From a virus, in the IMG/VR virus record IMGVR_UViG_3300020041_000039, positions 1 to 6,066 of that record: a stretch of DNA of 6,066 bases. One strand, given 5' to 3'. Made by a program: the position numbers and the translations under genes. The notes beneath the pieces were generated by a model. The model worked only from the letters and a program-made list of their open reading frames with translations. It had not been told where the DNA came from and searched no databases. Shown in pieces: positions 1-5,952 of the stretch (positions are counted from its first letter, which is position 1; each line of letters starts with the position of its first letter).

Positions 1-115
1 CCAGCCGTTAAGGCTGTCGGCCGGCGAAACGTAGTAGTTCTCGCGATCGAAAGTACCGTCTTTCGAAGCGCAAAGTAATCTTTTTAATTATGGATTATTT
101 CGATTTTCGTCCTAG
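1..115. repeat. Terminal direct repeat, copy 1 (assembly wrap-around of a circular genome)
   Basis: Bases 1..115 (ccagccgttaaggctg...cgattttcgtcctag) recur identically at 5952..6066 when compared by eye. The offset is 5951 nt, which gives the unit genome length. Confidence 0.9.
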
Positions 116-290
116 ATTTTCTCCTACTATCAATAGTATTCCTCATCGCTATTCTATTGGCGCATATAGAGGGCGGAAACGAGTTGTTATTGCTTGGTTT
201 GCCGACGAAATTTCTGCGAATGATTACCTTATTCGTTGTCGTCTTGATCACCCTAGCATTAAATTTGATTGTCTTCGAAGTTTACTCTAA
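90..290 (+). CDS. Hypothetical small protein (66 aa), directly upstream of Rep and possibly translationally coupled to it
   Basis: ATG at 90 and TAA at 288..290. The stop overlaps the Rep ATG (290..292) in a TAATG junction. It is on the same strand as all other genes and fills the space between the main intergenic region and Rep. I recognise no motif in it. Confidence 0.5.
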   Translation: MDYFDFRPRFSPTINSIPHRYSIGAYRGRKRVVIAWFADEISANDYLIRCRLDHPSIKFDCLRSLL

Positions 291-1360
291 TGCCTTGTTC
301 TTCTCCCATATGGATACGCAACCGCCGCTATTTTGACAAGAAGAATCCTTGCCGAAATGGTTCCGATGTTGCTAAATCGGCCCTAGCTCTTCGACCTTGG
401 GATGTCGGCCGCCAGTGGCTGATGGTTCCTTGCGGAAAGTGTGAAGACTGCTTGCGTCGTCAGCGTAATGATTGGTTTGTTCGCTTAGAACGCGAACTTG
501 CCTATTGCAAGGCTAATAATCAGCAGGCCATTTTTATTACGATAACTATTGCTCCGAAGTATTATAATGAAGCCCTGCTCGACCCCTCTCGGTTTATCCG
601 CCGTTTTAACGAGCGCTTGCGGCATAAACTCGGCCATTCGTTCAAGCATGCCTTTTTTCAGGAGTTCGGCACTCATCCAGAAATGGGAAATGAGCCTCGA
701 TTACATTTTCATGGCTTTCTGTTTGGCACAAATGTTTTCTATAACACTATTCGCTCTGCTGTTCGAGATCTCGGCTTTGTGTGGCTCGCGAAGGCTACCC
801 ATAAACGCGCTCGCTATTGCGTAAAGTATGTTACTAAACAAATTCAATTTAACCCCGAAGAAATTTCGGATAAATATGTTACCGTAGATGGAAACTCTAC
901 ACCTTTATCTTGCCTCCTCCAGCATCGCCGTTATACGAGAAAATTCGTATCTGCTGGCGTTGGTGATTTTCTTGGCTATATGCCTTGTCCTTCTGCTCGC
1001 GTTTCGTCGTGGTCTTATTTCGATTTTGAGAGGAGGATCAATTATAATTACTCGATTCCTCGATATTACCTTAAATACCTTAAATCGGAGGACGAAGTTG
1101 TTCGTTCGGTTACCTCTGCTGATGCTTATGCACATTTTAGCAAGTCTCCTTTGGTTAAGCGTATTGTGTCTTTGTGCGTTGAGCGGTTTTGCCTCAATTC
1201 CTCCGTATCCTGTAGATCGTCGTATACGTGGGAGCAAAAGCAAATAATGCGTTTCTCTGCATCTTCTCGTAGGATGCCCGATTTTGATCTCCCTACTTGG
1301 CTCGACTTGGATATCCTTCGTTTTTGGAGAGACCACTATAAACTTCAACTAATTATTTAA
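290..1360 (+). CDS. Rolling-circle replication initiator protein (Microviridae VP4 / phiX174 gpA-like HUH endonuclease)
   Basis: The N-terminus MPCSSPIWIRN and the cysteine cluster PCGKCEDCLRRQRNDW are typical of microvirus Rep. Motif I-like FITITI is at 533..550. The HUH motif HFH is at 704..712. The double-Tyr motif Y-C-V-K-Y-V-T-K has its tyrosines at 815..817 and 827..829, arranged as in phiX174 gpA. The ORF track opens at TTG 269; I prefer ATG 290 because of the TAATG overlap with the upstream ORF. Confidence 0.92.
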   Translation: MPCSSPIWIRNRRYFDKKNPCRNGSDVAKSALALRPWDVGRQWLMVPCGKCEDCLRRQRNDWFVRLERELAYCKANNQQAIFITITIAPKYYNEALLDPSRFIRRFNERLRHKLGHSFKHAFFQEFGTHPEMGNEPRLHFHGFLFGTNVFYNTIRSAVRDLGFVWLAKATHKRARYCVKYVTKQIQFNPEEISDKYVTVDGNSTPLSCLLQHRRYTRKFVSAGVGDFLGYMPCPSARVSSWSYFDFERRINYNYSIPRYYLKYLKSEDEVVRSVTSADAYAHFSKSPLVKRIVSLCVERFCLNSSVSCRSSYTWEQKQIMRFSASSRRMPDFDLPTWLDLDILRFWRDHYKLQLII

Positions 1361-1363
1361 TTT

Positions 1364-3154
1364 ATGGGTAAACAACCTTTCATTTCACATGTTGTAAATG
1401 GCTACTCTCGCTATGATGTTCCTGAGTGTAAGGCCTTTACGTGTACGCCGGGTATTTTGTATCCTGTGCGAATCGATTTTATTAATGCTCGTGACCGCGT
1501 ATCTATCGAGCAGGGTATTGACGTTCGTAGTAATCCTCTTGCTGTTCCGACGTTTAACCCTTATACCGTTCGGCTTCACCGTTTCTGGGTGCCGCTCCAG
1601 TTGTATCACCCCGAGATGAGGACGAATAGTAGTAAGTTCGACATGAACGATTTGAGTTTGAATTTTATTGCCGCTTCGACCACTGGTACCTACGAATTCA
1701 CGACAAATAACTATCCTTATTCCAACTCCCTGCTTCGTTGGTTGCGTGTTGTTCCCGCTTCTTTGCCGACCCCGACCTCGAGTAATGTTCCGATGTCGGC
1801 CAATCTTTCGGCGGCTCAGTTGGCGTATCCCTTAGGTTGGTGTAATGCTGATTCTTATCTCGCTTACTGGGACATCGTCCGCAATTATTACGGTTATTCC
1901 CAGTGGGGTCTCTACTCTTTTGCCTGGCCCGGTAGTTGGTATTTTCAGCCCAATTCTACCGGTACTTTGTATTCCGTTCTTCAGTTTGAGGCGAATTCGG
2001 TGTTCTTTAGTCAGAGATTTGGTAATCTTGAATACCTGGATGCATATTTTGAGAGTCAGTTTTATCCTTCGGCTGTAGCCTCTTCGAATAATACGTATAA
2101 CCGCGGGAATCTTTTTTCTCAGATAGCTTTGTCTGACCTTGGTACGACAATTACAGCCTCTCGCGACGGTTATCCCGTTTCTACCATTTATCCCGGATCC
2201 ACGGTATTGTCGAGCGCGGGTCCCGCAAGTCAGTTTGCTACTACTCCCAGCTCTACGACCGTTACCACCCTTGGAGCCTTCCTTGTTGCTCATCCGATGG
2301 CCGTTGTGCCCTCGAACCCCGATCGTTACAGTAGACTGCTTCCTGTTGGCTCTGCTGAGGGAGTTTCGATGACTGGAGTGTCAACTATCCCTCAGTTGGC
2401 TATCGCTTCTCGTCTCCAGGAATATAAAGATTTGCTTGGTGCTGGCGGCAGTCGTTACAGCGATTGGCTGGAAACGTTTTTTGCTTCCAAGATCGAGCAT
2501 GTAGATCGGCCTAAGCTTCTTTTTAGCGCTTCGCAGACTGTCAATGTGCAGATTGTTATGAATCAAGCCGGCTGGAACAATTTTTCCGGTTCGAACGTCA
2601 ATGGCCCTCTTGGTCAACAAGGTGGTACTATCGCCTTCAACGATCGGCTGGGTCGCCGTCAGTCTTATTATTTTCGTGAGCCCGGTTACTTGATTGATAT
2701 GTTGAGTATTCGTCCTGTTTACTACTGGGCCGGTATTTATCCAGATTACCTCCACTATACTGGTGCCGACTATTTTAATCCTATTTATAATGATATCGGA
2801 TATCAGGATATTCCGGGATTTCAGTTCGGTTTTGGAACTACCTCTGCCTCGGAAGCCGTTGCATATGAACCCTGCTTTAATGAGTTCCGGTCTTCTTACG
2901 ACGAAGTTCTTGGTCAGTTGTCTCGTTTTCAGACCTCTAAGTCTCTCGTTCCTCTTTATTCTTATTGGGTCCAGCAGCGTGTTTTGTCTGCAAGTTATAA
3001 TTCATACTACTCTCTTTTGTTTACCGATATGGCGCAGGTTAATTCACCCTTTGATTCTAAGGTAGAGGATAATTTCTTTATAAATATGTCTTACTCGGTT
3101 CAAAAGAAGAACTTGGTTAATAAGACGTTTGCAACCCGTTTGTCTAATCGCTAA
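1364..3154 (+). CDS. Major capsid protein (Microviridae VP1 / F-protein family), 596 aa
   Basis: Three segments match conserved blocks of gokusho/alpa-like VP1 proteins as I remember them. The N-terminal block is FTCTPGILYPVRIDFINARDRVSI...VRLHRFWVPLQLY. The central block is IASRLQEYKDLLGAGGSRYSDWLETFF (2399..2482). The third is FREPGYLIDMLSIRP...YFNPIYNDIGYQDI. ATG is at 1364, 3 nt after the Rep stop, and TAA is at 3152..3154. Confidence 0.93.
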   Translation: MGKQPFISHVVNGYSRYDVPECKAFTCTPGILYPVRIDFINARDRVSIEQGIDVRSNPLAVPTFNPYTVRLHRFWVPLQLYHPEMRTNSSKFDMNDLSLNFIAASTTGTYEFTTNNYPYSNSLLRWLRVVPASLPTPTSSNVPMSANLSAAQLAYPLGWCNADSYLAYWDIVRNYYGYSQWGLYSFAWPGSWYFQPNSTGTLYSVLQFEANSVFFSQRFGNLEYLDAYFESQFYPSAVASSNNTYNRGNLFSQIALSDLGTTITASRDGYPVSTIYPGSTVLSSAGPASQFATTPSSTTVTTLGAFLVAHPMAVVPSNPDRYSRLLPVGSAEGVSMTGVSTIPQLAIASRLQEYKDLLGAGGSRYSDWLETFFASKIEHVDRPKLLFSASQTVNVQIVMNQAGWNNFSGSNVNGPLGQQGGTIAFNDRLGRRQSYYFREPGYLIDMLSIRPVYYWAGIYPDYLHYTGADYFNPIYNDIGYQDIPGFQFGFGTTSASEAVAYEPCFNEFRSSYDEVLGQLSRFQTSKSLVPLYSYWVQQRVLSASYNSYYSLLFTDMAQVNSPFDSKVEDNFFINMSYSVQKKNLVNKTFATRLSNR

Positions 3155-3166
3155 TTTACTGATTCT

Positions 3167-3463
3167 ATGGCACTTGATTGGTTACTTGAAGATGCTCCCG
3201 CTTACGTTTCCCGCGGTCAGCGAATTATGTCCGTTCTCGATGGCTCTGGCTCCGTCGATGTTCTCCCCGGCCGTCCGGATGTGGTAGTTGAGCCTTCTGA
3301 TTTTGATAAGGGTGAAAAGTTTGATCCCCAAATCGATTTTGACCCTAATTCATTTTCTCGCATGGATAAGTTCGATGGTCTCGAGGTCGGCCAGGAATTA
3401 ATTGATTCAGAGATAGATAGATCAAAGTCTGCCTCTAAATCCTCTAATTCTGAAGAAAAATAG
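3167..3463 (+). CDS. Hypothetical small acidic protein (98 aa); possible scaffolding-type protein
   Basis: ATG at 3167, 12 nt after the capsid stop, and TAG at 3461..3463. The protein is strongly acidic, with repeated D-F-D / K-F-D motifs (SDFDKG, IDFDPN, DKFDG) and a Ser/Glu-rich tail. I recognise no family. Confidence 0.5.
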   Translation: MALDWLLEDAPAYVSRGQRIMSVLDGSGSVDVLPGRPDVVVEPSDFDKGEKFDPQIDFDPNSFSRMDKFDGLEVGQELIDSEIDRSKSASKSSNSEEK

Positions 3464-3493
3464 TATACTCTTTACTTGACGATATATGTTACG

Positions 3494-3571
3494 TGCGCGG
3501 ACCCCTTTTGCAAGAGTTCGTGAATTGCTGAAGGTTATTGGTAACGACTGCAGGAGAGGCCGCGCATTTTT
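3494..3571 (+). other. Long imperfect hairpin followed by a T5 run (structured ssDNA/RNA element; possible terminator/attenuator or complementary-strand priming structure)
   Basis: The 5' arm is tgcgcgg-a-ccccttttgca (3494..3512) and the 3' arm is tgcaggagagg-ccgcgca (3549..3566). Together they give 7 perfect GC-rich bp, a 1-nt bulge, and 11 further positions with one mismatch and two G:T(U) wobbles. The stem can extend inward through gt(t)cgt (3516..3521) pairing with acgac (3544..3548). It is followed by ttttt at 3567..3571. Confidence 0.5.
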
Positions 3572-3596
3572 CTATCGTTCTTTAAATTTTATCCCT

Positions 3597-3788
3597 ATGT
3601 CTGATACTAAACAACCCTTTTATAAGTCGAAGGCGTTTTGGACGCTTGTCTCGTCCATTGTCGCTGCTTTGGCTGCCTTTTTCTTGTCCTCGTGTTCCGC
3701 ACAGGCTAAAGTTTACCGCAATGGTGTTCACGTCGACACTGTTCGCGTAGATTACATTATTCGCTCGAACAATTTTTCGCTTCCGTGA
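3597..3788 (+). CDS. Small predicted lipoprotein / membrane-anchored protein (63 aa from ATG 3597; 100 aa if ATG 3486 is used)
   Basis: From ATG 3597 the product is MSDTKQPFYKSK-AFWTLVSSIVAALAAFFL-SSC-SAQ... It has a basic n-region, an 18-residue hydrophobic core and then L-S-S-C (3684..3695), which fits the lipobox pattern [LVI][ASTVI][GAS]C. That would leave a mature peptide of about 31 aa. The stop TGA (3786..3788) lies 1 nt before the pilot-protein ATG. The 3486 start would add an Arg-rich 37-aa extension encoded across the hairpin at 3494..3566. Confidence 0.55.
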   Translation: MSDTKQPFYKSKAFWTLVSSIVAALAAFFLSSCSAQAKVYRNGVHVDTVRVDYIIRSNNFSLP

Positions 3789-3789
3789 T

Positions 3790-5070
3790 ATGAGACTTAT
3801 TGATTTTAAGTCCTACGTTGAGCCTGTTTCTACTGGTGCTTTGTTGGGAGCTGCTGGCGTTTCTGCTGGCGGTCAGGTCGCCTCTGGTCTTTTTAAACCA
3901 TCTCTTAGAAGGCAGTGGAAGTATCAGCAAAAACAAATGAAGCTTCAACAGCAGTACGCTTTAGAGCAGATGCAAAAGCAAGGTGAAATCAACTATGCTA
4001 ACTGGCAAAAACAGTTTGATTATGAGAATGCTTACAATGACCCTACGAAGGTTTTCGATCGTTATTTGAAAGCTGGCATTAACCCTGCTGCCGTTTTAGG
4101 CTCTTCAGGCGTTGGCGTCAATGCTACTATGTCTGGCGGTTCTTCAGGTTCCGTCGGAGCTTCCGGCCCTTCAGGCAGTTCTTTTGACTTCTCTAGTCCT
4201 CTGCCTCCTGGCGTTGGTTCTGCCGCCGCAAGTGTCACTCTCGAGGCCATGGGTGTTAATTCGACCATTGAACGCAATAAGGCTGCTGCTAATCTCGATA
4301 ATGCCCAAGCTGATGATATTCGTAACAAGATGCCCACCAGGGAACAAGGTCAGGCCCTTATCGAACTCGAGAAGCAACTAAAGCAAGCTAACATTGGCAA
4401 TCAGTCTTCGCTCGCTCGTTATTATGGCGAGTTGGCTATCAATCAGGAGGCTTATAACAAGTATGCAGATCTCGCTGCCACGTATGATTTCCAGCGCATT
4501 CAGGCTGCTTATGCTGAACAGGTTGAGCGCACTAAGCGTATTCGCGCTGAGAACGATGCGGAGATTCCTCTTCTCGAACAGTCTGCCGCTGCTAACCTTG
4601 CTTATCTTCGCGCTGTCGCCGATGCTGCTAAAGCTTCTGCACGTGAGTCTCGTTCTCATGCTGATATTCTTGACATTCAGCAGAAGGATATGCAACGCAT
4701 GTTTGAAGTCACTTGGGAAATCCCTGTAAAGGTTCCTCTGGTCGATGAGAAGGGTGAACCCACTGGAGAATTTGAGGAGATTACAGGTCGCGAATATTAT
4801 TCTTATCTTCGTGGTCTTGAGCTTGGTGAAGGTCGCCAGAGCTTGTCTGGTAACTGGTTTGCCATTCGTAAAAACAAAAACGCTCTGTTTTATGATGTTA
4901 CAAAGGCTTTTGCTACTGCCGCAGGCATCGCAGGTGCTTCCTATGTTGGTCGCAAGTCCGCAGGCCCTGCTGGTCCCGAAGGTTACGAGGAGATGAGAGA
5001 ATTTTATGGGCCTAACGGTGATAGAGAAGGTGCTACATATGCCCGCCGTGTCTATCATGGGAGAAATTGA
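3790..5070 (+). CDS. Minor capsid / DNA pilot protein (Microviridae VP2, functional analogue of phiX174 H), 426 aa
   Basis: The segment YENAYNDPTKVFDRYLKAGINPAAVLG (4021..4101) matches the conserved Y-N-(S/D)-P...(R/K)-x-AG-(L/I)-NP signature of microvirus VP2 proteins as I remember it. A Gly/Ser-rich linker follows (about 4099..4233), then a long Ala/Gln/Glu-rich predicted helical region (about 4267..4707). The position downstream of the capsid gene is also as expected. Confidence 0.85.
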   Translation: MRLIDFKSYVEPVSTGALLGAAGVSAGGQVASGLFKPSLRRQWKYQQKQMKLQQQYALEQMQKQGEINYANWQKQFDYENAYNDPTKVFDRYLKAGINPAAVLGSSGVGVNATMSGGSSGSVGASGPSGSSFDFSSPLPPGVGSAAASVTLEAMGVNSTIERNKAAANLDNAQADDIRNKMPTREQGQALIELEKQLKQANIGNQSSLARYYGELAINQEAYNKYADLAATYDFQRIQAAYAEQVERTKRIRAENDAEIPLLEQSAAANLAYLRAVADAAKASARESRSHADILDIQQKDMQRMFEVTWEIPVKVPLVDEKGEPTGEFEEITGREYYSYLRGLELGEGRQSLSGNWFAIRKNKNALFYDVTKAFATAAGIAGASYVGRKSAGPAGPEGYEEMREFYGPNGDREGATYARRVYHGRN

Positions 5071-5093
5071 ATATCTTTTTCGACCTTTTAAAC

Positions 5094-5124
5094 TTTGTCA
5101 TTTATTCCTTTTGTTGTACGTTTG
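5094..5124 (+). promoter_or_regulatory. Candidate Bacteroidota-type promoter (-33 TTTG / -7 TAnnTTTG)
   Basis: TTTG is at 5094..5097 and TAcgTTTG at 5117..5124, separated by 19 nt. Both lie in the 80-nt T-rich gap between the pilot gene stop and the ATG at 5151. This is a motif match only, and short T-rich motifs arise easily by chance here. Confidence 0.3.
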
Positions 5125-5150
5125 CGCTGTAAACCAATAACCACACTATT

Positions 5151-5480
5151 ATGAAAAAACAAAAATCTTTTAGTCAGTTTGATTTACGGGTTGACGCTTT
5201 AGACTACCTTTTTGTCGAGTGGCTGGTTCGGAATCATCTTTACCGTAGATTCGCGAAGAATCTCGCAGCAGCCAGACAGGTCACCACGTCGGTTCGCGAC
5301 CTCATTCGGCAACGTGTTTGCTTTTATGCGGCATACCCCGCCATAGACTACTCTTTTCTTCTGACCGGCGCTTTTCTTTTTGACTCGACCCCCGAAGGTC
5401 GTGAATTTTGGAATGACGCGTCTCGGCGCTGGGCAGATTTCTGCAGATACTTTTTTTCAGTTTTAACTCAACCCCGTTAA
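5151..5480 (+). CDS. Hypothetical protein (109 aa), predicted mostly helical, function unknown
   Basis: ATG at 5151 and TAA at 5478..5480, with the next ORF starting 2 nt later. It is a Trp/Arg/Phe-rich globular-looking sequence containing FLFDSTPEGREFWNDASRRW. I cannot assign a family from the sequence. Confidence 0.55.
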   Translation: MKKQKSFSQFDLRVDALDYLFVEWLVRNHLYRRFAKNLAAARQVTTSVRDLIRQRVCFYAAYPAIDYSFLLTGAFLFDSTPEGREFWNDASRRWADFCRYFFSVLTQPR

Positions 5481-5482
5481 TT

Positions 5483-5806
5483 ATGACACGAATTCACGTT
5501 GTTATCCGTCGTATCAATCCCGCCTTTAAGATTGACCTTGTCCAGGTAGGTTACATTGAAAATGGACAGTTTACGGCACTCTCCATTGATGCTCTCAAAC
5601 GTACTCCCGTTTCTGCCTACATAGAGCATTCCAGTATTGCTGATTCTCCCTATATTGAGCATTGTTCTGTTTTTAATCTCATAGACGCCTTGAGTGCGTA
5701 TCCGAATTTTGATGTCGAGTTTTTCGATAACACTCTCGTTCTTGTGTTTGATTTTGATTTGACTGATGATGAAAGCTCGTCGGAAGAAGAAGGGAAAGGG
5801 AACTAA
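5483..5806 (+). CDS. Hypothetical protein (107 aa) with a strongly acidic C-terminal tail; possible scaffolding-like or ssDNA-associated protein
   Basis: ATG at 5483 and TAA at 5804..5806. The body looks beta-rich (IHVVIRRI, KIDLVQVGYI, TLVLVFDF) and ends in DFDLTDDESSSEEEGKGN. An intrinsic terminator follows about 45 nt downstream. The ORF occupies the slot between VP2 and Rep where gokushoviruses carry the VP3 scaffold gene. Confidence 0.55.
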   Translation: MTRIHVVIRRINPAFKIDLVQVGYIENGQFTALSIDALKRTPVSAYIEHSSIADSPYIEHCSVFNLIDALSAYPNFDVEFFDNTLVLVFDFDLTDDESSSEEEGKGN

Positions 5807-5851
5807 AGTAGTAACCCGCCCGCTCGGTGGTAGAGTTCTTTGATTTGTTAG

Positions 5852-5887
5852 GCCCCAGGAGATATCCCTTCTCCTGCGGGCTTTTTT
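5852..5887 (+). terminator. Rho-independent terminator closing the + strand gene array
   Basis: The stem pairs gccc-caggaga (5852..5862) with tctcctg-(c)-gggc (5870..5881). That is 11 bp with a single bulged c at 5877 and a 7-nt loop, followed immediately by tttttt (5882..5887). Confidence 0.65.
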
Positions 5888-5889
5888 CC

Positions 5890-5904
5890 ACCGGCTTTGC
5901 CGGT
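5890..5904 (+). other. Short GC-rich stem-loop (accggc-ttt-gccggt)
   Basis: A perfect 6-bp stem with a 3-nt loop lies directly after the terminator T-tract. Confidence 0.5.
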
Positions 5905-5938
5905 ATATCCCAAACGGAGTGAAGCCATGGAGGCCGAA

Positions 5939-5951
5939 GACGCGTAGCGTC
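5939..5951 (+). other. Short stem-loop (gacgc-gta-gcgtc)
   Basis: A perfect 5-bp stem with a 3-nt loop lies in the main intergenic region. Confidence 0.4.
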
Positions 5952-5952
5952 C

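Noticed and set aside
1-115. The terminal repeats considered as LTR-like ends, IS ends or att sites of an integrated element.
   Set aside because: The repeats are direct and exactly identical, and they run straight into the start of an ORF (ATG 90 = 6041). There is no flanking non-phage sequence, integrase or transposase. This pattern is what a circular contig looks like when assembled past its own start.
3473-3484. The sequence acttgacgatat resembles the phiX174 origin nick-site core (CAACTTGATATT).
   Set aside because: Only about 10 positions match, and a 2-nt insertion is needed. The phiX174 sequence is quoted from memory, and Rep here is very divergent from gpA. This is too weak to call an origin, so it is mentioned only as context for the adjacent hairpin.
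3486-3596. An Arg-rich 37-aa N-terminal extension of the lipoprotein-like ORF, considered as a possible J-like basic DNA-packaging peptide.
   Set aside because: The basic residues are largely CGN/AGR codons supplied by the GC-rich arms of the hairpin at 3494..3566. The peptide is in frame with the downstream ORF and has no stop of its own. It cannot be excluded, so the alternative start is recorded in the feature.
1398-4996. A series of hydrophobic + strand ORFs embedded in the capsid gene (1398..1619, 1845..2078, 2139..2372, 2763..3065), the pilot gene (4112..4381, 4394..4729, 4745..4996) and Rep (549..824).
   Set aside because: All of them lie in the +1 frame relative to the host gene. When third codon positions are mostly T or C, the +1 frame rarely forms TAA/TAG/TGA and carries T at its middle position. 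That gives long, open, Leu/Phe/Ile/Val-rich artefact ORFs everywhere. Only 888..1247 was kept as a low-priority candidate, because of its ATG start, two-TM layout and basic tail.
4378-5058. A long (226 aa) antisense ORF opposite the pilot gene, plus other minus-strand ORFs at 905..1348, 1832..2293, 2381..2755, 3757..3948 and 5477..5891.
   Set aside because: Every gene with recognisable homology is on the + strand, and microviruses transcribe only one strand. The antisense products are Arg/Ser/Ile/Lys-rich low-complexity strings without motifs. Long antisense ORFs are expected opposite Ala/Gln/Glu-rich genes, which rarely create stop codons on the reverse strand.
5618-5668. A short internal near-repeat, YIEHSS / YIEHCS (tacatagagcattcc / tatattgagcattgt), 11 codons apart in the 5483..5806 ORF.
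   Set aside because: There are only two copies of six residues, with divergent nucleotides. This is not a tandem array and is most likely chance or a small duplication with no evident meaning.
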